64,000 bases of DNA, taken from positions 7,958,059-8,022,058 of the forward strand of contig CM082581.2 of the NCBI GenBank assembly GCA_040954595.2, written 5' to 3'. The translations under genes and the position numbers were made by a program. Below the pieces are notes generated by a model that was not told the origin of the DNA, made no database searches, and saw only the letters and a program-made list of their open reading frames with translations. This stretch comes from Balanoglossus misakiensis. Lineage: Eukaryota > Animalia > Hemichordata. Below are positions 15,238 through 28,079 of the stretch, in pieces (the first letter of the stretch is position 1; each line of letters begins with the position of its first letter).

Positions 15238-17950
15238 ATGACGATGATCAAGGTATTTCTAATGAAATGTAAGTATTTTTCATGTACTTCTCACGACAAA
15301 AATAGTTAATTTTGGTGAACGCTGAACGCTTCTCTTTTCGAGTCTTTAATTTGATACCGTGTTGCTGTGATAAAGCCACGCAAAGCTTCAACTGAAGGCA
15401 CAGCTAAACTTAGGGAGACTAACAAGAGCCGTTCCAAAGGTCGACCCTCTTTTGATTTTGAGTAATTTCACAGATTCCTTAGAGTTTTGATGTTGTTTGT
15501 AACATAGAAACTACGAGGTATTTTAATATTACATGTATTTGCGAAATATCAATTTTAATGTAAAGTGTTAGAAAAAGCTACTGTTTTTCAATAATTAAAA
15601 TCTTTGTCTTTCTGACGACTTGCGCTAATTCAGAATATTAAAAGAGAAAATGAAAGTAAAGAAACCCAACTTCAAGACGACAACTCTGGTCATTTCATTT
15701 CAGTCAACAAATTCCGATATGCTAAGTCACAAGGGCGTGTTTTCCACTGCCGTAGTCATTTCTTTCAAACATTCAACTTTATAATCCCGTCTGTTGTTTC
15801 TTCTAATTTTGAGACTAAATAGTTGTTCAAGTCTCTACAGTGAATCTGTTTGCGTTCATCTTTATCAGAAAAGATTCAAACGCAGAAATAAGCTCCTATT
15901 TCGCTACGAGCGTATTGTTCTACCCATATATCTCGCTCGCCTTATACTGTTGTTGACTGCAAATCCATTGTTATCCAACATACAATAGCTTTATTTTCTG
16001 AACGACGAACTATGTATTCCCCCCGTTTTTCTGAGAAACAGGTTGGCTGCTGCTGTTGCTTCGGAGCTCTTGCGTTTTGGCGGCACCCCGTCACCGTGGC
16101 CACGGTCACCACACTCAACACGACGGGACGTCACTGGACGCCGACATCTGGCGTCAGATCGTTTGTGAATGGAAGGAGAGGGGACAACTCTCCGCCGCCG
16201 TCCATCTGCTGCAGTATAACACGGACTGTGCCTTCGACAGTTTTGTAAGTACAGTGAAACCTGACAGCTCTCACATCAAGACACCTCTCTATTTAGGACA
16301 GATTTTTTTCAAAACAAAAGTCACAGTTTGAATAGAATATTACTGTCTATAAAGAACACCTTTCTACTAAGGACAGATTTTCTGGTCAAAGAGATACATG
16401 TATACAGTAAATGCCCCTCGACACTCAAATTTCACACATATACATGTACAACTCCTGCGTTCGCTACTCGATGACTGGATAATACATGTATATAGTAAAC
16501 AAATTAAAGGCGGCTTAGACTGTTGAGCTAAATCAACCTTATATTGGCATGTAAATTAGAGGTGACTGTATACATGTACCTTTAGGGTGCATGCCATCCA
16601 TACTGTATGGCAACCAAAAAGGTTTAAATCGCTGATAACTGACAAAAATAAACTATCAGTGTGAAAATGACCTTGAAGGTACGATGTTCTGCCAGTCACC
16701 CGTGACCGACACAACAACTGTACACTTTTCGATTAAACGCGTTGCCAGGCCAGGGTACATACTTACGCATTGAATCGAAGCAATTTGCACCCGGAACTAG
16801 CACCCGGAACTGATATCATAACAAGTTTAGGGTTGAAATAATGTCACAGTTTATCTACCAGCGCGCCTGGCATGACAATATATATATATATTTTTTTTTC
16901 AGATAACGTTAAGGTTTCACCGAGAAATTCCCGCCGACTATCCAGACACCAGCATTGTTGCCCATTCACCTCAACTGCCTGTACTGAGGACGAGCAGAGC
17001 CTGGCTCAAACGAATCAGGGTATGGATTATCACTGTGTTGTTAATTACTACACATGCATAAGAACATGTACATGGCCACCGAGTCGAGGCTCTAGGACAG
17101 TTACCCCCTGGCGATTTATCCTATGACCTCCACGCTGATACTGGCGAGTGGTCTATATGTTGGCAATCCAATGGAAGTTATAAGGGGACTGGAGAGGGGG
17201 GGGGGAAGACGGATGGGGCTGAAAGGGAGGGGCGGGAGATTAGAAAAGAGAAGAAAACAAAATCAAAAGTTTTTTTTTAAAACAGGAAACACCGGACTGG
17301 CTTCAGATGATAAGACAAAGCAACGCTGCACTGAAGCAATTCGAGGTCCCCATCCGGGACATTTTGGAATGGGAACAGAGACAAACCGACCCAGCCTCTG
17401 TCGTCATCACGGAAGACCTCCAGAAGTCATTAAGGCAGATGTTGGAATTAGAGAACTTACTTGACCAACTGGTAAGTCGGTCACCTGTCTTTATATGTAC
17501 ATGACTGTACACTAACTGACATTCCGCTCCGTGTCGATGTGAAAGGTCAAACCACCAGGAACTTCAAATCACGAGATGTGTTCTCCGAACGACTGGGTTT
17601 TAGCAACGATACACGTACATGTACAAAGACGATAGCTTTCTCTCCGGCGCCAATCAGTCGAGATGTTTCTAAAACAACAATATTGTTTTCAGATTCTGAT
17701 GTACAGAATCCCGGATTTGGACAACTCCTCGGGCGATTCACAACCATTGGCCGACGACGAAGACTACGAAGACTATTCGTCCTCGGCGAGCGGCGACCGA
17801 GAAGAGGACGAGGACAGCGATGACGTCACCATCAGCAGATTACTGGAAAATCGCGTGGTTCTCGCCAACTTCCGAATGATGATAACAAATTTGAAAATCC
17901 GCCTGGAAGCGTTCGAGCACAATTTTCCTGACTGGGTAGCGATGTGTTAA
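15238..17950 (+). CDS. Secreted long-chain helical cytokine-like paralogue 4 (5 exons, ~264 aa)
   Basis: Exons 15238-15268 (MTMIKVFLMK, phase 1), 16042-16244, 16903-17019, 17286-17471, 17693-17950; phases 1,0,0,0. Signal peptide ..KCWLLLLLRSSCVLA; AB loop QLPVLRTSRAWLKRIR; acidic CD loop DDEDYEDYSSSASGDREEDEDSDD; helix D LLENRVVLANFRMMITNLKIRLEAF. Confidence 0.85.
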
Positions 17951-20306
17951 GGATGGTGTGCCTTCAGCCATTGTCTTGGTCGTTGAAATCTGAGAGAAAT
18001 GTCCCCTTTACTAGCGACACAAGTATTATGCCATTTCAATATAGAAATCCCCCGATGCTTTGTTTATTATTTATTTTTAATTTCATTAGAGGGGATCCAA
18101 GTGGTTTATTTTTATCGGATTGACTTTTCTAACATTCCGAACAACGAGAGTTAAGAGACTCGTAGGATAGTTTCTAGTTTATTATATTTATTCTCTTACA
18201 AACATTACTCGTGTAGACTTATTTTACATGTCAATCACTTAGGAAGTACAATGAGCCAACGTGATCATACACATGGGGTCATTTTATATTTAGCATCATA
18301 TGCTACTAACACACGTATGTCAATCGACAGTCAACTCGTAGCGCAATTTTTCGCGCAATTTGGTTGCATGAGGTAGATTAATTTAAAAATTATGGTCATT
18401 AGAAGTATATAGATTTAAAAATAAATTACAAATATGGTCTAGCAAAAGACTGGATTCAATTTAATTAGCTGACACGCACAAATGCATTCAGCTAGTTTTC
18501 CTGGAAAGCACAATTGTATATTTAAAAACTATGTATTGAACACGCACTTCATTTTAATTACAAAGTTTTCAAGACAAATGTAGTAAAATCATGCTTTTTA
18601 ACAAATCAGTGTATTTATGTCTATATCTATGTCGCCATACTCTGAGAAACGCTAAATTGTGATTCGCATCCTTGTTGGTATGTACAGATCCAGCTGCCCA
18701 ACTGAAAACTAATAGGATTGTGTCAACCTATTGTAAAGGGTTTCATGTAAAACAAATCAGAAGTGAGCTTGTGACACCAATGCAGGCATTGCTGTCCTTT
18801 TTCCCTCCAGATATCGTCTGAAAACACGTGTCGATTAGGTCTATCCCCAAAATAGCAGCAGCTAGCCCATAATGAGAGTGGGGAATGGATGCTGGCCCGC
18901 TGACGACAACCGAGAAGAAGCCCGCCATGGATTCGATCGGACGTCATCACGCTGACGAAACTGCACCTTGTGGGGTGTGTCCATTATGCATCTCCCCGGG
19001 TTAAAGAACTGCATGCGTAGTAGACACTTTACCCAAATGCCGCCCGGTGTTACAGGTCGCTCCGAAATAGGAGAATGAAATAAATTTGAAAGACTGTCGG
19101 CTGATATTAAAGAAATTCGCCCCCATATAGTTCTTGACACACTGTTCGCTGGCAAGCTGTAGAAGGGACGCGGCGGAGGATGACCACAGCTTCTTAAACC
19201 GTGTTTTGTTGGAGTCTGAGTTTGCCGAAGACGTTATTTAAAGATTGCGACTGAAGGGTCTCAACTCATAATTTGGGCTCTGTCTCTCACTCTCTATCTC
19301 TCTCTCCAACTCTCCCGCTCTGGGCCTGGATTGCTTCTATCTTTCCAAGGTAGGTACGAATCACATTTCAGACTTCCAAGAAAGATGCCATAGAACGTGG
19401 AAGCGATCACATTTGCTGTATAATTCCGTCGTTCCCAGTGATGTATGTCGAATCTCGGAAACTGTCCAAAAAGTTTCCGCTAGTTCTGTATTCGATTCGG
19501 GCAGATGCTCTCTCTCCTTTATTTCAACCAGAGACAGTCTACGTCTCAACGAACATATTGTGATTTCAGAGTAGCCGAATCCAAAACCGCGCCGTGTCAT
19601 TGCTTGGCAAGGTCCACTCGGTCGCTAATACCCGAATTGGCCGAAAACAGCCTTAACCCAACTGTGTATGTACATGTACCTCACCACTGCACCCAACCAT
19701 TTATTTCATAAACACGACGCAATCTGACAAAAATAGTATTGAATCGTGAGAAATTCTCGGTGTTGTATCGACAATTGGCTTAAGGCCACAACTCGGTAGA
19801 GTTTGTGTTCAAGTAAAGTGTTTGCGTTTAAATATCAAACTGATGATTTTATGGAACAAAAGATAAAAAAACCTAGAATTTCCTTTCCCGATATCTTCGC
19901 TTCGGCTGAGTTTGAGTTCCTATTAATCATAGTGTTTTGCCTCAGTGTTCACCAGTGTACATTATACCGTAATATGACCATTAGATCATGAGCTGGGCCG
20001 TGGAAAACAAATGAATTAATCTTTTCGAGACTTGAACATAATCCCAAAGCAAGTAAATTTCTACTAAAAATGAAGAATTTTAATGCTATCCTTTTGAGAA
20101 ATATTGACAGTTTTTAAAATGAGCAAAACCATTTCTTGCCGTGGAACGTAAGTATAGCGTCAGACTATTCTAATGTATACTTGTGGCGGATTTTGAGAGT
20201 GGTTCTGATGATGGTCCGATTCTACGGTTTTGACTGCTGGCAATGTATTCATATCTATTAGAGCTAAATATTCTCTCTCTATCTCTACCTGTGTGTGTCT
20301 CTCTCT

Positions 20307-20340
20307 CTGTTTCTGTCTGTCTGTCTGTCTGTCTGTCTGT
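20307..20340. repeat. (CTGT)n microsatellite forming the polypyrimidine tract before paralogue 5's first coding exon
   Basis: Direct reading. Confidence 0.8.
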
Positions 20341-20376
20341 CCCCCAGCTTCTTCTGTCCTACGACAGGTTTCTCAC

Positions 20377-22212
20377 ATGGCATTCTCGAGACACCTGTTC
20401 CTGATGATGGCGCTCTTCTTCGCCGTGTCGCTGAGCACCCCCAGCCACACATTCTTCCGACTATTGAATACAAACGCGAGACACTTCAAGAGGAATTTCG
20501 GCTCGGACAAGAAAAAGATCAGTTTCACCGACCGTATCGTGAGTGAAGACACAAGCGCCGTACAACTTGGAAAGAAAATAGGCACCGAGTCAATTTATAT
20601 AAGGCTAAAAGCCTTCAACACGTTACAAAAATTTGTAAGTTGCAGTTTGGCATCCTTTATAATATTATTAGTTTTGATTCTCGCACTTGGCTGGAAGCGA
20701 GTGTAATTCTTATATACATGTATGTTACAACGTCAATATTGCGAAACAATTTTGGTAAAGACCAGTATTAAATGATCGAAGTATTCGTGTGGTTTATCCA
20801 CATACAGGGCATGAGTTGGGCTCTGGCAAAGGCAGCTGAGGTTCCAGTGATGAGCTGATTACGAGTATAGCAGAAGAAACGAAACTAACCTGAATAATGC
20901 CACTCACAAGTGTGGGCGATTTATCTCCTTAATAGGGATACTTTCTCGGAAACGCCCACGTGGTTTAACGACAGGTGAACTAGTATAACTGTCTTATATC
21001 GAACCTCTCTTTTTTTAAAGATTAGGGAGCGCTTCGGAAATGAAAGTCTGGAAACCAGTCTGACAATTGAAGGGCTTCCGCGTGTGTCGAATCCTCGTAC
21101 AGACGTGGAGTATCTGGCGGTGAGTAGCTGGACCCGGGAACAGGAAATGTTACGGGGCCAAAAGCAAGCAAGCAATCGAAATTCAATAAAAGTGTGAAGA
21201 CTAAATGCCAGTTTCGTGAATCGAACACTGTGATATTACGACCTGATATTTCTTTGTAATAATATTCTTTTGGGAAATGGGGAGGCGAGTTAGATGAAGA
21301 TGCAGAGACGCAACGATAGATGCGAGGACATTATACGCGGGAGATATGAATGAAAACGTTGCTTTTATTATTCACGCAGACTTACAGAGACTGGCCGTCC
21401 ATGCTGCACGGAACGCTGAAGACAATCGACATCTTCGTGGAGCACCTATTCGACACCTGGCAGTTTGAAGCAACCCACAACAACACCGAGCAAAACCTGG
21501 CACATGACTTCATGTATATCCTGTTACACACATGCCGCCTGCATCACCTGGTCGATGAACTGGTGAGTTGGCAATTATTGCAGACAGACTGAAAGGGACA
21601 TCAGATTTTACCTTTGGCCTCATTTCAAGTATTTTTGTACCGTGTACCAAAAGCAATTTCTTGTTCTACTCCAACCAGAATGCTGATATACCAGTACTCC
21701 AATTGTCAGCATAGCCTAAGAACGTGTAACGGCCATTGTTATTGTTGACAAATGAATTCTTGTCCGGACGTGAATTCAAATTTTGCACAAACAAAGTCTT
21801 TGCATTCTATTGACGATTTCAGGTGACTGTGTGCGGCTACGGTCAACATGTGTCCGGCAACTTAAACTCCACTTTTGGTGAGAAGGGCGAAACGATGGCG
21901 ACCGACGGCCTCAGTGGCCAAGATTACCTTGTCAGGGTCGACGAACGTTTCAACACCACGGCCGGAGCCAAAGCGAGAGGGAGACGAAAGTCGGCGACGA
22001 CCACATCGGGCGCCATTTGTGCCCAAGTCTTCGTGGACGACTTCGACGTGGGCAAAGTGGTCAGAGGCAGCTTCGACATCCCGAAGAGCAAAGCCCTGCA
22101 GCTCGTGGAGACCTTCGTCATTCTCAGAGAATACAGACTCTACCTGGGCAAACTACTCATGTATTTTCACATTTTTGAGGAATACTTTAAGGGATGTGAC
22201 GACATCTTCTAA
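20377..22212 (+). CDS. Secreted long-chain helical cytokine-like paralogue 5 (4 coding exons, ~309 aa, long CD loop)
   Basis: Coding exons 20377-20634 (MAFSRHLFLMMALFFAVSLSTPSHT signal ... KAFNTLQKF|gtaag), 21021-21119 (IRERFGNESLETSLTIEGLPRV..), 21380-21562, 21823-22212; phases 0,0,0. Helix D QLVETFVILREYRLYLGKLLMYFHIF. An acceptor precedes the ATG (ag 20346-47 or 20366-67), so exon 1 is probably non-coding (candidate donor at 19350). Confidence 0.82.
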
Positions 22213-24274
22213 AAAATACCGCAAGTTCACGGACGAATCCAAGCAGAAGATCTGTTCTCGTTAAGTGTAATTTGTTTAGGGCCAAAGCTACATCTGTTAC
22301 ATATTATTTATTGGTGACGGATGATTTCAAGTCCGGGCTCGAATTCAATTGTCAGCATTCAGATGAATACCAAAAGTCTTAAAAAGACTTTGGTGACACT
22401 TTTGAGGTTGGCAATATTATGAACGTTTCCCTTTCGTTCGGTCCCCCTTTCCTAATACATATAGATAAGCTGTAGTATTTGTCAGATTTACCAGAATACT
22501 TATTGCTTTATAAAATTGATATTATTGTGGCCAAAATAATTAAGACATTGAGACCAAAGTGATTCATTTGCCTTGTATCACTGCGATGATAGTCGACATT
22601 TACTATTTTATGAATATTTATTGATATGTGTGAATTTGCATAATTTATATATTTTTCGAGTTATCCTATTTAAAATATCTCACTCCACGCCTTTCGAATT
22701 TGACAAATACTGCTTTTCAGTATTTTACAATCATGATGTAATGTAGCTGCACTGATAAAGTGCATATTGTAGACTTTGCTTATTGATGATACCACAAACT
22801 TAACCACTGCCATTATCCATATATATTTCCGTGTGTATAAAACAAGTTGAAAATGTGACAGAATCAAGTAAAGGATAGCGTTTAACCGATCAATGCAATG
22901 ATATAATTATATGGTTGTCATACGTTAATAAATTGTACATACTTTCAAAACCCAAGCAGGTGACTATGATTCAGTTTTCTATCGTGACCTCTGAAAACAG
23001 AAGACTAGATGTTTATTGAATTTTTACACTATTATGTCATACTTGGTATGTATATCTTAAGTCATTATTCGCCTTCTCGTTTTAGACGAAAGGCTACTTT
23101 AGGCTAATCGTTATGTTGGAAAGATACTCTAAGGTTACAGAATATGGCAGTTGGTTATTACACATACATGTACATGTAGCATAAACTATTGAAAGATTGA
23201 TTCTTTGTCGGTAATTTTTCATACTTTGCTACATGTACATTTAAGGGATGTTCATGATGTTCAGTAGTATCTACACGTATTAAAGATAGAATTAAATCTA
23301 AGCTCAGAATAATTAATCTTTATGACAAATAAATGAGTTTCTACCGTCTCTCTCCGAGTCTGTTGTCCTGACATACATGTATACTATTTTCCTGACTGTC
23401 TTGTTGCATTTTCCCGCCTCTCCCTGACGTTTGAAGATGCATAATCTGCTCGTTGTTCGTGTGGGTGTTATTTAATTTATTTCACTTTGATTTGGTTTTG
23501 TATGAAAGTAGATTAATTTATTAATACATGTTCAATAACGCCCACATTTTATTTTCAATTTACGCAACCACAACAGAACGTTTCTCTGAGAGACTGCAAA
23601 ACCCGGCGTACACGTAAACAGGGTATAATTTCTATGGTGATACCGGTTTCTGCTTCCTGGTCGTTTGGAAGGGAAATATAACTGACTGTTTCTACTACTC
23701 TGCCGCTTCGCCAATTCATCTCAGCGTTTAGGGATCCGGGCAATTTTGTAACGTACATGTAGTTGAAACTCGCTATACTATCACTTTGGTAAAATATACA
23801 ATGTAATTGCGTTGAGCATTAAATTCGGATTTCAAAATAAATGAATATGAGTGTATTTTTTCTTGTAGCGCCATTCCCGCCAGTTCAGAATCGATCCGAA
23901 AGTCTTAATTTTATACCTCCAGAGGGCGAAATATATAAAAAGGGACTGCGCTGAAACATGATTATACACAGGTCGAAAGAACAACTATCCGCCTAACATG
24001 CACAAATCAAAAGATTCGAAAAACTCACGACAGGTCAGCTCTTGGGGACGTTACTCGATCCTCATGCCATAGCAACCAGTGTTTCTGTCGGGTGACATTG
24101 ATAAGGGGTAAATAACGGGCAATGTTAATTTACGGTCGCGCTAATGTCTGTACGGATAGCCTCAGACAAGGGGGATACGGTTGTGAGAGACAGAATAGAC
24201 AGTAAATTGCGTTTCTTGAACCAGAATGTCCTTTAAATCATCAACAATTCTGGCTGTTTCATCTTCTAATGTCT

Positions 24275-24299
24275 TTCAGGGAAGTCGACGGGACTTTCC
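24275..24299 (+). promoter_or_regulatory. Paired GAS + NF-kB element ~1.8 kb upstream of paralogue 6
   Basis: TTCAGGGAA 24275-24283 (TTCNNNGAA) next to perfect GGGACTTTCC 24290-24299. Confidence 0.5.
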
Positions 24300-24643
24300 C
24301 GCTGAAGCCGTACAATGATCGACATTCGAGATCGCGTGGCGAAAACACGATATTATCGTTTGGCATTATTCATGAGCTGTACACGCCAGGGTGAATTTCC
24401 GTTCATGACATAGTGTAATGTGTTTTTCGCATTAACATGATGAATACCGTCGTCAACTAAACCCAGCTCGCGTGCAGTGCTGTTTAACCGAACAGAAAAC
24501 TGTGTCACAGCAACACATGAAATGATGACAGAGTATACTTGAGACCATGTAGCTATTTTTCCGACATGGTACATCTTTTGGGGACATGCACTGATTTTGC
24601 ATGATCAGAATGATGACCACAGAGACATTACTACATGTATAGT

Positions 24644-24829
24644 CAGTACAGTACAGTACAGTACAGTACAGTACAGTACAGTACAGTACAGTACAGTACA
24701 GTACAGTACAGTACAGTACAGTACAGTACAGTACAGTACAGTACAGTACAGTACAGTACAGTACAGTACAGTACAGTACAGTACAGTACAGTACAGTACA
24801 GTACAGTACAGTACAGTACAGTACAGTAC
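24644..24829. repeat. (CAGTA)n pentanucleotide microsatellite
   Basis: ~37 perfect units read directly. Confidence 0.97.
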
Positions 24830-25910
24830 TGTTATAGGATAGACTAGAATATGACCTCTGCGTATGTTCATACTATAAAAAATTACTTTCACAAACGATG
24901 CGCTGTGTTCTATGGTAGTACTCAGGCGCAGCCAGTATAACAAAATACTGCATTAAAACACCAGTTTTGTTGCTGATAACGACAAATCCCTTCAGCTGAA
25001 TTAAAGGTGCATCTCTGTTAAGGATTGGACATGGCGATATTACGAAATCCTGCATTAGTCATTATATTTTAAACGACTGGGGTCGTGAACAGCAAATCCT
25101 TACAAGTCACATTTGTAAGCCTTCCTTCGAGAGCCAATGTTCTTGACCGTCCTTGCTGACGATACGTAATTTGTGTATCACGGAGACGTCCAGTACTAAA
25201 TGAAACATTCAAGTTGTGTCGTCAAAAGACTCAGGGACAACCCTTTCCGTCCGAATTCGGGACTGACTCGGAGAGGCTCTGTACTCCCCAATTACACAGA
25301 CTCGGCGACAATAGCCGTGTGCATCACGTTTGGGTCCCAGATTTGCAATAAAACAACAAGAACAAGAACGAAATAATTTCTACGACACATTCCGTTAACA
25401 AGGGTTGATATATGATATATTACATTCGGACCATTTTTTTTCCGCGCATGGGACAGTATTGATATCAAGTAACGGGGCTATAGTATCCAGATGATCGTGT
25501 AATTCTTTGTGGCTCACTGCTGTACTTCGACATGTGTAAGTGTTTATTTTCGGCAGATTTGCGGGAACACGGCTACATCGATACTTTTGATGCGGATGTA
25601 ATCTGTGTGCCGCCCGGTTTATACACAAGTCAGGGAAACGGGCGAAGTAGGCAGCGCCCCTTTCAGCCATGGTGTAACGCAAGACGCGTGGTTCTTGTGT
25701 CGGGAATAAAGGTGTGCGAAATGTAATCTCAGGTGATCTGATTACGTTGTCGTTTGGTCTCTGAAAAGGAAATCGTGACTAGTCATCCAATTATTTTAGG
25801 CGATAATGAAAATAAAATTAGTACTGTAATTTCCGCTGTTTTCCCAATTTAACGGTGCATGTATTAGAGAAACTGTTTGAAATAGAAAATTATTTATATC
25901 TGTCTTTTTT

Positions 25911-25983
25911 TTCTAAGAATTCTCTTCAAGTCAACTAAGATGAAAGCGATTTTCCCGAAGCCTCAGATGGGCAGTTATATAAA
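25911..25983 (+). promoter_or_regulatory. Proximal promoter of paralogue 6 (GAS, kB-like, TATA)
   Basis: TTCTAAGAA 25911-25919; GCGATTTTCC 25946-25955 (one mismatch to GGGATTTTCC); TATATAAA 25976-25983; ATG at 26097. Confidence 0.5.
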
Positions 25984-26096
25984 GGGGTTCCAATTAATGA
26001 ACATGTAATACATTTCGACTTCTTCGAGTTCAAAGCTTTGCAAATTACACGTTTAACTTGATAATAAGGCGACGATTTCACTATTTCGCGTCCGAT

Positions 26097-28079
26097 ATGG
26101 CAGTTCACAATCTAGGTTTCGTTCTCACCGGTAAGTCATGTTCACCGATCGGTTGTACCTGGTAGATCGACAGCCCTTTGTCTTGCCTTCCGGCCGATAG
26201 ATATTAGAGCTGCAAGAAACCTTTGAATGTATTTCTGGTTCTACCTTCAATCAAGCTGATTTATCTGAGTTTGAATCTGAAACATACCGTGGTTACTCCT
26301 ATCCCCGGTTTATTTCTCACCCACAGCGCGCGCTCTGAAGACGCTTTGGCATTGACCACGCGACTGCGTTAGAAGCCATCTTCAAACTATCGGGAGTTAC
26401 TTTAATCTAGAGATTGCGATGTCGTTTATTTAGGATTCATTTATTTAAAATTAATTGTCGATGTTTAGTGACCCCCTCGTGGCCCAAGATAAGTCATGCT
26501 TTCAACTGAGGCTGTTTTCTTTATTACACTTTCGCTTAATATGTTTGTTATTCATTTCTCACACAAATGCAAAAGTGACGAAAACCGAGAGACGTCAATA
26601 TGCGATGCATCCTTATGAAGTCTATAACTGGAATTCCTAGAATCCAATGCCAAGTTCGATACAGCCGTTCGAACCATTGGTAGTGCCTTGGGCGAATTGA
26701 AAACGGTGAACATATTACTATTATAGATATCCCTAGATTAGGTTTGCAGTTGCAGAAACAATCAAAATAACGTGATCATGTTTTACTTATGCCCGCAGGG
26801 ATAGCGTTTATCCTGTCTTTTTGCGGTCTCGGCCAACCAAGGCCGTTTACATGCGTCATCGAGCGACAGGCCTTTCGCGGCACGGGCTTCACCATAGCCG
26901 ACTCCGTATGCGCTCTGACAAAGCTGGCCGTGCATCTACAAGAAACCACGCACGACACTGTTGTTACTCTGGTGAGTGTAAATCCAATCCATTCCAATCC
27001 AAACAAATGACCTGTTTGTGGCTTTCAATAACATCGCTGTCTGATTTTGTCGATTCGTACAGGAAAGTGAATACCCCGACATCGTGTCTGATGGTGCACT
27101 AATTGATGGTTATTGTCAATGTCAAGATTGCACCTGGCTAGATTCGCTGAACCAGCGTCCACGGAACAGGGCTTATGTCATCAGACTGGAGGTGAGAGTT
27201 GGGGGTGTCTATTCCATAATAACGTAAAGCTAGCTAGTGTTAAGACGGGACTCCAGTATCAGTGTTAAGTTCTCGAGGAAGGAAAATAAGGGTCAGGGGT
27301 GAAATGTCTCAGTGGGCATTGGTTGTGAATACATGCACTTTTTCTTTGCCCCTCCTGTCTGCCTGTCACCTGTGAAAGAGAACTGACGGGAAAAGACTCG
27401 CGCCACCAATCAACAGGTGGTCATTGCAGCCTGCATTTTTTTTCGATTACTCCATGTCACGTGTCCGCATACAAATGAAGAGCAATGATTTAGGTGATAA
27501 TCGTCTGTCCAAGACAGTTCATCGACTTTTCTCTATTATTATTTTGACACAGAGGCAGTTATGCAATGGTCACTCCCTTTCACACTTGTGGCAAAACGCC
27601 TTCAGGAACAATTACCGACAGCTGGAAATTTTCAAACACCTCATACTACGCAGCAGCACAACGAGGGCGACAGGGGGCCTCCTGGGCCAGCTTGTCTTTC
27701 AGATCACCAGAATGCAAGCAAAAATCTACGACACGGTGAGTTTTACGTTCTAGAAAGTCATTTTTACTTTGGGATACTCTACAAAGTGAAATCAATCAAA
27801 CTCGGTCTGTTGAGCTAACCGAATATTATTAAAAACATTTTCCACCATTTCACCTGAAAACTTTGCACTCAACAGATGTTACTTTTTGGGATGGGCGATA
27901 CTACATCAGTAATCAATACAGACTTACCCGAGTTCCCCGCCGAATGTGACGATGCCGTGCATTTGGCTGCCATATTACGTCGGCTGCAACTTTTCGAGAC
28001 TCAAATGAAGAAGGAAGTTGAACTATTGGATTTAATGGTGAACGATGACACAGGACTGGAACAGGCCTCGAGGTGTTAA
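26097..28079 (+). CDS. Secreted long-chain helical cytokine-like paralogue 6 (5 exons, ~240 aa, Cys-rich)
   Basis: Exons 26097-26130 (MAVHNLGFVLT, phase 1), 26799-26971, 27063-27191, 27553-27735, 27876-28079; phases 1,0,0,0. Signal peptide MAVHNLGFVLTGIAFILSFCGLGQP; AB loop YCQCQDCTW; helix B AFRNNYRQLEIFKHLIL; helix D DAVHLAAILRRLQLFETQMKKEVELL. Confidence 0.83.

Noticed and set aside
24597-24943. STVQY / VLYCT repeat ORFs, superficially array-like
   Set aside because: Pure (CAGTA)n microsatellite with no spacers; neither CRISPR nor protein-coding.
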